A DNA stretch of 64,000 bases from an uncultured Pelagibacteraceae bacterium (lineage in GTDB: Bacteria > Pseudomonadota > Alphaproteobacteria > Pelagibacterales > Pelagibacteraceae). The notes under the pieces are model-generated. The model was not told where the DNA came from. It did no database searches and saw only the letters and a list, made by a program, of their open reading frames with translations. Location: assembly GCA_902613065.1 (NCBI GenBank), contig CACMFU010000001.1, positions 131,471 to 195,470 of the forward strand, read 5' to 3'. Shown here piece after piece: positions 52,073 through 61,464 of this stretch. The stretch's first letter is position 1. Every line of letters begins with the position of its first letter. The position numbers were made by a program, and so were the translations under genes.

Positions 52073-53139
52073 TATTTAAATACAGCTTTAATAAAAATCC
52101 ATTTTGGCATCTTTAATATAATGGATAAGTCCTCAAAAATATTACTTTTATTGGAGAGGAAATTTATTACTGTTTTTGACTTGCTTTTAAACATTTTGAA
52201 GAAAATATTTGGCATGATCTCTGGCTTTTCAGCTAGGACTTTCAAAAAAACATTATCTAAAAACTTATACTTACTTTTTATATTGAAAGCTCTAGTTTGG
52301 GTTATTTTATCAATGTTTTGGGTAATATATTCTGCTTGTTCTTGAATATTTAGGAAAGTATAGCCAGTACTTAAACGCGTCATACCTCCAGCAGTTCCAA
52401 TATTAATCGTATTTTTATCGTTTTTAAATTTTGGATAAAATAATGGTATGGCCCCAACTTCTTTATAATTAATTTTATATTTTTTTAATTTTAGAGTGTT
52501 TTCGATGTAATCAGTAATTTGTTTATCATAATCTTTTTCACTATCATCTTCCATTTTTGAAAGCCACGTAGTTTCGATTAAAGCTGATTTTTTTGAATAG
52601 GGTAGTGTATAGAAAAAATGAACACTTTTTTTTTGATCACAATCAAAGTCCATTAAATTCATTATTTGATCATCAAAAAAATCTTTTTCGGTTTCAATCT
52701 CAACACCTTGAAAGTGTTGCCATAAATTAGAATCTTTATTCTCAAGATTTGGCAGACTGTTAAATAAAATCGCGTTTTCTGTATTTACTTCACTAATATC
52801 TTTAAAGAATTGAATATTAGGATTTTTATTGATTTTATTTAAAATTTTTTTGTAGAATAGTCCACTATCAATACTTTCGTAAGGAGTTTCTTTACAATCT
52901 TTATATTCAACATTTCCTTTAAAATTGATTGTATAATCTTTCCATCTTTTTTTTACACAGTCATCAAACTTGTGAGGTACAGTTTTCCAATATGACCAAG
53001 TTTTATCTCTTTTATATTCATCTCTTTTTTCAATAATTGCTAAAGTCTTATTTTTAAGTTTATCGTGATACTCTAACTCATAAGCCAATGTTAAACCTGC
53101 ACAGCCACCTCCAATAATTATGTAATCAAAATCTTTCAT
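52072..53139 (-). CDS. crtY: Lycopene beta-cyclase
   Basis: IIGGGCAGL FAD motif, DKTWSYW, LMDF, FFYTLP, IGTAGG-TGYTF. Confidence 0.9.
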   Translation of the reverse strand: MKDFDYIIIGGGCAGLTLAYELEYHDKLKNKTLAIIEKRDEYKRDKTWSYWKTVPHKFDDCVKKRWKDYTINFKGNVEYKDCKETPYESIDSGLFYKKILNKINKNPNIQFFKDISEVNTENAILFNSLPNLENKDSNLWQHFQGVEIETEKDFFDDQIMNLMDFDCDQKKSVHFFYTLPYSKKSALIETTWLSKMEDDSEKDYDKQITDYIENTLKLKKYKINYKEVGAIPLFYPKFKNDKNTINIGTAGGMTRLSTGYTFLNIQEQAEYITQNIDKITQTRAFNIKSKYKFLDNVFLKVLAEKPEIMPNIFFKMFKSKSKTVINFLSNKSNIFEDLSIILKMPKWIFIKAVFK

Positions 53140-53977
53140 TATACTCGATATCTTGCATTATTATCTCATGCTCTTTTATTGTAAGTTTTTTATCTTCTTT
53201 TACAAAATATAATTTAATTAAATCACCAATAGATAGCACTGTATGTAAGACTTTTCCCAAATTGTTTACATAAATTTTTCCTGATTTATTATAATTTTCT
53301 AAGTTTCCTTTTTTTAAGATTTCATTTCCAATTTGTCTGTATACTCGTCTTGCAACCAAAATCGAAAATCTTAAAAAAAATGGAATTTTTTTAATTGATA
53401 TAAAAGAATTATTATAAAATTTGTCAGCGATTTTTAGAATTCTTTTTATTTCATCAAAATTCTTTTTTATATAAAACCTATTATTGCTTTCATCTTCAAT
53501 AACATCTCTTGAAATATTAGTTAATTGCATTGCAATACCTAAGTCAATCGCTCCTAAAAGTGCTGATCTTTCTTTGACATTTAAAATTTTTGCCATCATT
53601 AATCCAACTGTTCCAGCCACTCTATATGAATAAACATATAGATCTTTGTCAGTGTTGATTTCTACTTTTGATTTTATATCGGCCTCGACGCCATCGAATA
53701 AATCATCAATTATTTTTTGTGATATTCCAAATTTATTTATTAAAGCCCACATATTTTTAATTATTTGGTTATTTTCATTTTTTAATTTGAAATCTTCTTT
53801 GAAAGTATTGAAATTTTTTAATTTCGTATCAAGATCACCTTTTTCATCTGCTATATTGTCTAAGTATCTGCAAAAATCGTACAAATTAGAGCAATCAGAG
53901 TAGACTTGTTTTGGTAAAAAGAAACCTGCCCAATTAAAAGATTTAGCGTATATCGACAAATAATTTTGTTCATTCAT
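53126..53977 (-). CDS. crtB: Phytoene synthase
   Basis: AKSFNWAG, LYDFCRYLDNIAD, YSYRVAGTVG, LGIAMQLTNISRDVIED. Confidence 0.95.
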   Translation of the reverse strand: MNEQNYLSIYAKSFNWAGFFLPKQVYSDCSNLYDFCRYLDNIADEKGDLDTKLKNFNTFKEDFKLKNENNQIIKNMWALINKFGISQKIIDDLFDGVEADIKSKVEINTDKDLYVYSYRVAGTVGLMMAKILNVKERSALLGAIDLGIAMQLTNISRDVIEDESNNRFYIKKNFDEIKRILKIADKFYNNSFISIKKIPFFLRFSILVARRVYRQIGNEILKKGNLENYNKSGKIYVNNLGKVLHTVLSIGDLIKLYFVKEDKKLTIKEHEIIMQDIEYNERF

Positions 53978-55434
53978 TACAAAATTTTATCTAAGACCTT
54001 TGCGGATGATAGAACCCCTGGAACACCAGCTCCAGGATGAGTGCCTGCTCCAACAAAATATAAACCGTCATAAACCTCAGATTTGTTATGAAATCTAAAG
54101 TATGCTGATTGAGAAAATTTGGGCTGAATTGAAAAACCCGAGCCATATTTTGTATTTAATTCATTTTCAAAATAATCAGGGGTTAAATAAAAATCATCTA
54201 CAATATTTTCTCTTAAATTTGGTAATAAACTTTTTTCCATTTTATCTATTACAAGTTTTTTTAGATTCTCACCTTCGACTGACCAGTCTATTCTTGATTT
54301 ATTATTAGGTACAGGCACCAATACATAAAAGCAATCGTGGTCTTTTGGTGCCATACTCGAGTCAGTCGCGGTAGGCCTATGTAGATAGTAGCTTATATCG
54401 CTATTTAATTTTTTGTTTACAAATATATCATCCAAGTGTTCTTTGTACTTATCGCCAAACTTTATAGTATGGTGTTCAACATTTTCGTATTTTTTCTTTG
54501 TTCCAAAATAATAAACAAACAATCCCATTGAATATTCCATTCTATTTATCTTCCAATTAAATAAGGTGTTATATTTTTGATTATTTAGCATTTTTGAATA
54601 AACACCGGGAGGATCTGCATTACAAACTACGTTATCTGCTTTAATTTCCTCATCTTCACTTGTCACAACACCGACAACTCTTTTATTTTCTGTAAGCAAG
54701 TTTTTAACTTCTTTACCTTTAATAATTGTAACATCTTCTTCTAACATCAATTTCTCAAAACCTTTTATGATTTGTCCCGTTCCACCCATAGAATAATGAA
54801 TTCCCCATTTTTTTTCTAAATACAAAATTAATCCATATATAGAGGTTGTAGTAAAAGGGTTCCCACCCACCAATAATGGGTGCATACTAAATAGCCTTCT
54901 TAGTTTTTCATTTTCAATAAAACCACTAACCAAAGAATAAACAGATTTATAACTTTTTAAACTTAGCAATGCAGGAATTTGCTTAAACATAAATGAAGGT
55001 TTATCAAATGGCACATCTGATAATTCTGAATAACCCTTATCAAATATTTTTTTTGTAAATTTAAGTAAATTTCTGTAACCCACAACATCTTTATGATTAA
55101 TTGTTGCAATCTGTTCTTCCATTTTCTTTTCATCAGCTGAATAATCAAAATGGCTTCCATCTTCAAAAACAAATCTGTACCAAGTATCCAAATCTTTTAT
55201 TTTTATGTAATCATCTGGATTTTTATTAAAAAGTTTAAAAATTTCATAAATTAAATATGGAGCGGTTATTACAGTTGGTCCACCATCATAAGTGAACCCA
55301 TTACTTTTAAATACTCTCGCTCTTCCACCTAAATCTTTTTGTTTTTCAATTAAAGTGACTTTATGGCCTTTTGCCCGAAGTCTAAGAGCTGCTGCTATGC
55401 CACCAAAACCTGATCCAATTACAATTGAATTCAT
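53977..55434 (-). CDS. crtI: Phytoene desaturase
   Basis: IGSGFGG, GGRARV, YDGGPTVIT, LLVGGNPF, FVGAGTHPGAGVPGVL. Confidence 0.96.
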   Translation of the reverse strand: MNSIVIGSGFGGIAAALRLRAKGHKVTLIEKQKDLGGRARVFKSNGFTYDGGPTVITAPYLIYEIFKLFNKNPDDYIKIKDLDTWYRFVFEDGSHFDYSADEKKMEEQIATINHKDVVGYRNLLKFTKKIFDKGYSELSDVPFDKPSFMFKQIPALLSLKSYKSVYSLVSGFIENEKLRRLFSMHPLLVGGNPFTTTSIYGLILYLEKKWGIHYSMGGTGQIIKGFEKLMLEEDVTIIKGKEVKNLLTENKRVVGVVTSEDEEIKADNVVCNADPPGVYSKMLNNQKYNTLFNWKINRMEYSMGLFVYYFGTKKKYENVEHHTIKFGDKYKEHLDDIFVNKKLNSDISYYLHRPTATDSSMAPKDHDCFYVLVPVPNNKSRIDWSVEGENLKKLVIDKMEKSLLPNLRENIVDDFYLTPDYFENELNTKYGSGFSIQPKFSQSAYFRFHNKSEVYDGLYFVGAGTHPGAGVPGVLSSAKVLDKIL

Positions 55435-55482
55435 ATTCCTTAATTTACATTATTTTTATAAAATTTGATAAACTATCTTAGT

Positions 55483-55980
55483 TTAAGAACTGATTTTCTT
55501 TAATTCTGTCTTCGTTTCTTCAAGATTTTTATTAAACAAATTGTCAAGTTTAGACTTATCAACAGATGTTGTAATAATTTTTTTCACAGATTCTACAGCA
55601 ATGTTAATTGATGTATCTTTAATTTCTTTAATGGCATTATCCTTCATTTGAGAGATTTTAGTTTCTGCTAGACTTTTCTTTAGTTCAGTTGATTTATGGA
55701 ATTTGTCATTCATTTCAATTACAAATCTTTCAGTTTCATCTTTTGACTGCTGCATAATCTTTTCACTCTCAATTTTTGCAGTATCTAGCTTCTTTTGCGC
55801 CTCATCCAATAGTCGTTTAGATTCAGCTCGGAGTTTTTCACTTTCATCAATTTCATTTTTGATATCAGTAATCATTTTGCTCAATAAATTGTTAACATTT
55901 TGCGGAACTTTTAAATAAATTAGCGCTCCAAAAAATATTACAAAAGAAACTGCTACCCAAAATGTTGCATCAAATGCCAT
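55483..55980 (-). CDS. atpF: ATP synthase F0 subunit b (start placed at ATG 55980)
   Basis: DATFWVAVSFVIF anchor followed by a charged coiled coil. Confidence 0.9.
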   Translation of the reverse strand: MAFDATFWVAVSFVIFFGALIYLKVPQNVNNLLSKMITDIKNEIDESEKLRAESKRLLDEAQKKLDTAKIESEKIMQQSKDETERFVIEMNDKFHKSTELKKSLAETKISQMKDNAIKEIKDTSINIAVESVKKIITTSVDKSKLDNLFNKNLEETKTELKKISS

Positions 55981-56560
55981 TATGTTTTTCCATTTCTTTT
56001 TTAGAAAGATCTTCAACTATGGCTGAAAGACTACTTTTATTTATATCTTCACCAATTAATTGTTTAATTAGATCGGAGGATGTCTCAATTGCAATTTTAG
56101 TAACTTTCTCTTGAGAAGTTTTTTTTAATTGGTCTATTTCTTCTTCAGCTTTTATTATTTCTTTTTCGATATCCTTTTCTAAAGATAATCTTTTATTGTT
56201 TATATCGTCCAAAACTTTTTGTCTTTCACTATTAAAGAAGTTTTTTGCTTCGACTTTTGTATCATTGATAATTTTATCAAATTCTTTAACTTTTTTTTCA
56301 GTTTCTTCCCTTTGCTTGTCTGCAGTTTCGATATTCTCTAAGATTTGTGATTTTCTGGTTTCAAGATTGTTACTAATTTTTGGTAGTATGAACTTAGATA
56401 AAATTATAAACAATAATCCAAAAGTAAGTACTAACCAAAAAATTTGAGATATCCAAAACTCGGGATTAAGCTGGGGCATACCTCCACTCTCAGCGCTTTG
56501 AGCGCTATAAGTAAAGATAAGACTTAAAGCTAGAAATTGAAAAATTATCTTTTTCAACAT
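55970..56560 (-). CDS. ATP synthase F0 subunit b'
   Basis: GGMPQLN-W-SQIFWL motif of alphaproteobacterial b', then coiled coil. Confidence 0.9.
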   Translation of the reverse strand: MLKKIIFQFLALSLIFTYSAQSAESGGMPQLNPEFWISQIFWLVLTFGLLFIILSKFILPKISNNLETRKSQILENIETADKQREETEKKVKEFDKIINDTKVEAKNFFNSERQKVLDDINNKRLSLEKDIEKEIIKAEEEIDQLKKTSQEKVTKIAIETSSDLIKQLIGEDINKSSLSAIVEDLSKKEMEKHNGI

Positions 56561-56563
56561 TAA

Positions 56564-56791
56564 TTAAAACGCGAAAAGAATAATTAATGCAACAACTAAT
56601 CCAAATAAACCAGTCGCTTCCGCTAATGCAAAGCCTAATAGCAAGTTTGGAAACTGCTTTTGAGCTGCAGATGGATTTCTCATTGCACCTGAAAGATAAT
56701 TTCCAAAAATTATCCCAATTCCAACTCCTGCTCCTGCAAGTGCAATTGCTGCTAGTCCTGCTCCTATCATTTTTGCTGCTTCTAATTCCAT
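56564..56791 (-). CDS. atpE: ATP synthase F0 subunit c
   Basis: GAGVGIG, RNP loop, GFALAEA proton-binding Glu. Confidence 0.98.
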   Translation of the reverse strand: MELEAAKMIGAGLAAIALAGAGVGIGIIFGNYLSGAMRNPSAAQKQFPNLLLGFALAEATGLFGLVVALIILFAF

Positions 56792-56810
56792 TATATCCTC
56801 CTTATGTTAA

Positions 56811-57542
56811 TTAATGGTGTAAATTTAATGCATCATTCAAATAGATACATGTTAAAATTGCAAATACATATGCTTGAAGAAAAGCAACTAATATCTCCAA
56901 ACCTGTTAATGCAACTGAAAAACCTAGTGGTAGCCAGCCTCCAACAATTCCTAAGCTAACTACGAAACCTCCAAAAACTTTCATCATCGTATGGCCTGCC
57001 ATCATATTTGCAAACAATCTAACTGATAAACTAATTGGCCTACTTAAGTATGAAATTATTTCTATAACAACTATTAATGGCAATAAAACCATTGGAACTC
57101 CACTTGGTACAAAAAGTTTTAGATATCCAAGTCCATGTTTAATAAATCCAATTATTGTTACTCCTACAAATATAAATGCAGCTAATACAAAAGTTACAAT
57201 GATGTGGCTAGTGACAGTAAAAGAGTATGGTATCATCCCAAACATGTTACAAAATAAAACAAACATGAATAAAGAAAATATGAAAGAAAAGTAAGGCTTA
57301 GCTTTTGATCCTGCTGTATCACTTATCATTTTTGAAATAAAAGAGTAACTGAGTTCTGCAAGTAATTGAATTTTATTTGGTATAATTGATTTTTTTGTTC
57401 CTAAATTAAAAATAATTAATATTGCTAGTGAACTTATGACCATAAACAAACTCGCGTTTGTGAATGAAATGTCTATGTTATTTATTTTAATTTCTGGACC
57501 AATTCGGTAAACGTTGAATTGGTACATTGGATTTGCTGCCAT
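56811..57542 (-). CDS. atpB: ATP synthase F0 subunit a
   Basis: SFTNASLFM, SRPISLSVRLFANMMAGH, LEILVAFLQAYVF. Confidence 0.98.
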   Translation of the reverse strand: MAANPMYQFNVYRIGPEIKINNIDISFTNASLFMVISSLAILIIFNLGTKKSIIPNKIQLLAELSYSFISKMISDTAGSKAKPYFSFIFSLFMFVLFCNMFGMIPYSFTVTSHIIVTFVLAAFIFVGVTIIGFIKHGLGYLKLFVPSGVPMVLLPLIVVIEIISYLSRPISLSVRLFANMMAGHTMMKVFGGFVVSLGIVGGWLPLGFSVALTGLEILVAFLQAYVFAILTCIYLNDALNLHH

Positions 57543-57549
57543 TTGCCTA

Positions 57550-57825
57550 CTATTTTTGCATTTTTTTTGCTGATCTAATAACGTTCATAATTCCAGCTAC
57601 TACACCAATAAAAAAAAATATTAAAATTAACCAGGGTTTAGTACCAAACCAATTGTCTAAAATAAACCCAATAATTGTCCCAACAGCCACTGCAGATACC
57701 AATTCCGTGCTCATTTTGAAGGCTGATCCCATACTTGAGCCTTTATTTCCCTCTTCAGATTTTTTGTCTTTATCGGTTTTATTTTTTGCAATTTTTAGGC
57801 GAGTTTTAAACTGGTCTTCATCCAT
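57550..57825 (-). CDS. atpI: ATP synthase protein I (AtpZ/AtpI family)
   Basis: STELVSAVAVG, LDNWFGTKPW, GVVAGIMNV. Confidence 0.9.
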   Translation of the reverse strand: MDEDQFKTRLKIAKNKTDKDKKSEEGNKGSSMGSAFKMSTELVSAVAVGTIIGFILDNWFGTKPWLILIFFFIGVVAGIMNVIRSAKKMQK

Positions 57826-57827
57826 TA

Positions 57828-60401
57828 TTAAGCAACCATACTCTCTGCTTTTTGAAGATCTACAGCAACTAGTTGGCTAATTCCTTTTTCTGGCATTGTT
57901 ACACCATATAGTCTGTCCATTTTAGACATGGTTAAAGCGTGGTGAGTTACAATAATAAATCTTGTAGATGTGATTTTAGTTAGTTCCGTCAAAAGACTGC
58001 AAAATCTTGTTACATTCGCATCATCGAGAGGTGCGTCTACTTCATCGAGAACACATATTGGAGCTGGATTAGTAAGAAACACCGCAAAGATTAATGATAA
58101 AGCAGTCAGGGCTTGTTCACCTCCTGATAATAAAGTTATTGATTGCAATCTTTTTCCTGGTGGACTTACCAACATTTCTAATCCTGCATCTAAAGGATCA
58201 TCAGAGTCTACTAGCTCTAGTTTTGCATTACCTCCATTAAAGAGTTTGGTATAAACTTCATTGAACTTTCTATTCACTTTTTCAAAAGCATCTAGAAGTC
58301 TTTCCCTACCTTTCTGATTGAGTTCAGTAATACTTTCTTTTAATTTTATAATTGCAGTTACTAAATCTTGTCTATCTTTTTCCATTTTTTTAATTTCATC
58401 TTCATATTTTGAAGTTTCTTCATCTGCTCTTAAGTTGACTGAGCCTAATTTTTCTCTTTCCCTTTTTCTTTCATCAAGCAATTCCTCTTGTGTTACTGTA
58501 TCTGGATATTCAGATGCATCTTTTAAATTTGAAAAATTTAGTATCTCTTCTTCTTTTAAATTAAGTTCCGTTGATACTCTTTCTAATAAATCATTTCTTC
58601 TTTTATTCAAACCATCGATTGTTGCTCCAGAGCTAGCTTTTCGCTCTCTTATTTCAATAGACTCTTCCTTTGTTGTATTAAGATTGCTTCTTAATTCATT
58701 AATCTCTTTATCTAGTTCATCTATTAATATTTCATTATCACTTTTTTCTTTTTCAGAAATTCTTAAATTTTCTGATATTTGCCCTTTTCTTTCAGCTTGT
58801 GTTTGAGGTTGTTTTTCTAGGTCATCCAATTTTTTTTGTTGAGTATCTTTTCTACTATTTAATTCATTAACCATTTTTTCAGAATTTACTAATAAGTTTT
58901 TCCAACTTTCTATTTCTTGATCAATTATTTTAATTCTTTCACTTCTCTTGATTGATTCTTTTTTAATATTTTGATTTGCACTAAACGCTTCAGCATATTC
59001 TTCCTGTAGACTTTTGATTTCTTCGTTTTTCTTAGTTACTGTTACCGCTAAATCGTCATCATGCATTTCATTAATTTTCATTTTTAAAAATGAAAGATTT
59101 ATTTTGCATTCATCTATTAAATTAGTTGCACCATTAATATTGTTCTTTGAGAGCATTTCTTTTGCTTTTTCTAATTGCTCACTTGCTAAATCGATAGTTT
59201 CTGAATTCTTTTTTAGAGTATCAAGGTTTAGATTTTCTAGTATTCTCTCTAACTTATCTTGCTCATCTTTTAATTTACCTTTTGCATTTACCAAATCTAA
59301 ACCTGACAATTTTTCAGTTTCATAATATTTTGAGTCAACTGTAATTAAATTTTCTTTTTCTTCTCTAAGTCTTTTTTCATTAGAGTTTGCATCAATGATT
59401 ATGCTTTTTTCTCTAACAATATCCTCATCTATTACACTTAAAGCCTTTCTAATTGATTGTATTTCATCATTAACCCTGTCTTTTTCTTCATCTAAGCTCT
59501 TTAACTCTAAATTTAATCTTTGTATTTTTGACAAGTTTTCTTGATTTTTTTCTCTTATAGGATTTACATTTTTATTCTTTTCAATAATTTTCATGCTTAA
59601 ATCCTCTAATTTATCATTGAAGGACTTAACTTGATCATCAGCCTCGTTATTGATCTCGTTTTCTACTTTAATTTCATTATCAATTTCTAAAAGACGTAAA
59701 TAATATAAACCTGCCTCAACTTTTTTTATTTCTTCAGAAATAGATTTATATTTTGCAGCCTCTTCAGCTTGTTTTTGCAAATTTGCTAATTGTCTTTCCT
59801 GTTGTCTTCTTAATTCATCTGCCCTTTTTAAATTATTTTCTGCAGCGCCTAATCGTAATTCTGCTTCGTGTCTTCTAACATGTAAACCTGCTATACCAGC
59901 TGCTTCTTCTAAGATAGCTCTTCGATCAGAAGGTTTAGCCGTGACCAATGCTCCAATTCTACCTTGACTAATAATCGAAGGTGAATGAGCACCTGTTGAT
60001 AAATCTGCAAAAAACATCTGAGCATCTTTAGCTCTAACTTCTTTCCCATTTATATAAAATTTTGAGCCTTTATCTTTTTCTATTTTTCTTCTTATTTCAA
60101 TTTCATCGAGCTCATTATATTGTAGAGGACCATCTTTATTGTCATTTGATAAGCTCACTAAAACTTCTGCAATATTTTTTGATGGTTTGTTTGAAGTTCC
60201 GGAAAATATAACGTCTTCCATTCCTGAACCTCTCATACTTTTTGCTGATGTCTCACCCATACACCATCGCAATGACTCCACTATATTTGATTTGCCACAA
60301 CCGTTTGGACCAACTATCCCAGTTAAACCTTCTTCGATCAGGAAATTAGTTTTTTCAGCAAAAGACTTAAATCCATTTAGTTGGATTTTTTTAAATTCCA
60401 T
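57828..60401 (-). CDS. smc: Chromosome partition protein Smc (unusually short)
   Basis: GFKSFA, GPNGCGKSN, IISQG Q-loop, LLSGGEQAL, LDEVDAPLDD, ITHH-type H-loop; only 857 aa. Confidence 0.93.
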   Translation of the reverse strand: MEFKKIQLNGFKSFAEKTNFLIEEGLTGIVGPNGCGKSNIVESLRWCMGETSAKSMRGSGMEDVIFSGTSNKPSKNIAEVLVSLSNDNKDGPLQYNELDEIEIRRKIEKDKGSKFYINGKEVRAKDAQMFFADLSTGAHSPSIISQGRIGALVTAKPSDRRAILEEAAGIAGLHVRRHEAELRLGAAENNLKRADELRRQQERQLANLQKQAEEAAKYKSISEEIKKVEAGLYYLRLLEIDNEIKVENEINNEADDQVKSFNDKLEDLSMKIIEKNKNVNPIREKNQENLSKIQRLNLELKSLDEEKDRVNDEIQSIRKALSVIDEDIVREKSIIIDANSNEKRLREEKENLITVDSKYYETEKLSGLDLVNAKGKLKDEQDKLERILENLNLDTLKKNSETIDLASEQLEKAKEMLSKNNINGATNLIDECKINLSFLKMKINEMHDDDLAVTVTKKNEEIKSLQEEYAEAFSANQNIKKESIKRSERIKIIDQEIESWKNLLVNSEKMVNELNSRKDTQQKKLDDLEKQPQTQAERKGQISENLRISEKEKSDNEILIDELDKEINELRSNLNTTKEESIEIRERKASSGATIDGLNKRRNDLLERVSTELNLKEEEILNFSNLKDASEYPDTVTQEELLDERKREREKLGSVNLRADEETSKYEDEIKKMEKDRQDLVTAIIKLKESITELNQKGRERLLDAFEKVNRKFNEVYTKLFNGGNAKLELVDSDDPLDAGLEMLVSPPGKRLQSITLLSGGEQALTALSLIFAVFLTNPAPICVLDEVDAPLDDANVTRFCSLLTELTKITSTRFIIVTHHALTMSKMDRLYGVTMPEKGISQLVAVDLQKAESMVA

Positions 60402-60409
60402 TCACTGAC

Positions 60410-60985
60410 TTATATCAGTTTTTCAATGTATTTTTTTAATTTTTTGTAGTTTGAGTGATTTTCAAACTTTTTTCCGTTAATTATGACTGTAGGAGTAGCA
60501 TTCACTTTATACTTTTTAACACCTTCGATTCGGTCTTCTAAAATATGATCCTCTATTTTTTTATCCGCCAAGCACTTATCAAAATCAAGATTATATTCAG
60601 TATTATCAATAAATTTTTTCATTGCTTGATTTGCCTCTAATTCATTTTTCCCTTTTATCCACTTATCTTGATTTAAATATAAATGATGCAAAATTTCATG
60701 CTCACCATCATTTCTACAATGCGCTAATTTAGTTGCATTAAATGCAATGATGTCTAATGGAAAGCTTTTAAATTCTATTGAAATCAATCCTTTATCAATA
60801 AAATCTTCTTTTAATTTAGGATATATATTTTTATGAAAATTTGCACAATGACTACAAGTTAAAGATTCAAAAACCATTAACTTAACTTTTGAGTCTGCAC
60901 TTCCAACTAAAATTGGTTTAACTTCAGAATTAGCATTGATGAAATTAAAAAAAATTAAAATTGAGATAAAAATTATTTTTTTCAT
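60410..60985 (-). CDS. DsbA-family thioredoxin-fold protein
   Basis: Signal peptide, FESLTCSHCANFH (CxxC), VNATPTVIING cis-Pro loop. Confidence 0.92.
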   Translation of the reverse strand: MKKIIFISILIFFNFINANSEVKPILVGSADSKVKLMVFESLTCSHCANFHKNIYPKLKEDFIDKGLISIEFKSFPLDIIAFNATKLAHCRNDGEHEILHHLYLNQDKWIKGKNELEANQAMKKFIDNTEYNLDFDKCLADKKIEDHILEDRIEGVKKYKVNATPTVIINGKKFENHSNYKKLKKYIEKLI

Positions 60986-61464
60986 TTTATTTTAAAATGT
61001 TTACTTAGCTCTAAAAGTGAATTTTTTATTTTGTCATTTTTAATATTATTTATGCTCTTTATATGTTTATTTTTTGTCGCATTAATAGCTGTATTTTTAT
61101 GGCTTTCTTCAATTTTTCCATCAAATGTATTCAATTTAATGTCATCTAAAACATGATAGCCAAAAAAAATATTAATTTTTTTTATTATTTCTTTTTTAGA
61201 ATACTCAACTTCAACTTCATTTCCCCTCTTTACTAAAATATTTAAACGACTACCCGATAACTTATTTGAACTTTTGTATGATTTAGGAAAGCTTACTTTA
61301 AATAAATCTTTACCTACTAAATATTTCCAATTGTCTAAAGTTTCGTTATAAATTTTACCTTTTTTACTAATTATTCTTTTTGCTTCTGTGGGTAAAGTAT
61401 CTTTAAAAGATCTTAAACCTTGAATGGAATTATATCTCTGCTTAGTATTATGTTTTTGACTCAT
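60982..61464 (-). CDS. DUF721/DciA-family protein
   Basis: NWKYLVG, EVEYSKKEIIKKINIFFGY; conserved dciA-dsbA-smc order divergent from mutY. Confidence 0.75.
   Translation of the reverse strand: MSQKHNTKQRYNSIQGLRSFKDTLPTEAKRIISKKGKIYNETLDNWKYLVGKDLFKVSFPKSYKSSNKLSGSRLNILVKRGNEVEVEYSKKEIIKKINIFFGYHVLDDIKLNTFDGKIEESHKNTAINATKNKHIKSINNIKNDKIKNSLLELSKHFKIK

Noticed and set aside
57970-60408. Four antisense ORFs of 89-162 aa within smc
   Set aside because: Their Ser/Phe/Leu-rich content is the expected reverse complement of Glu/Lys-rich coiled-coil codons
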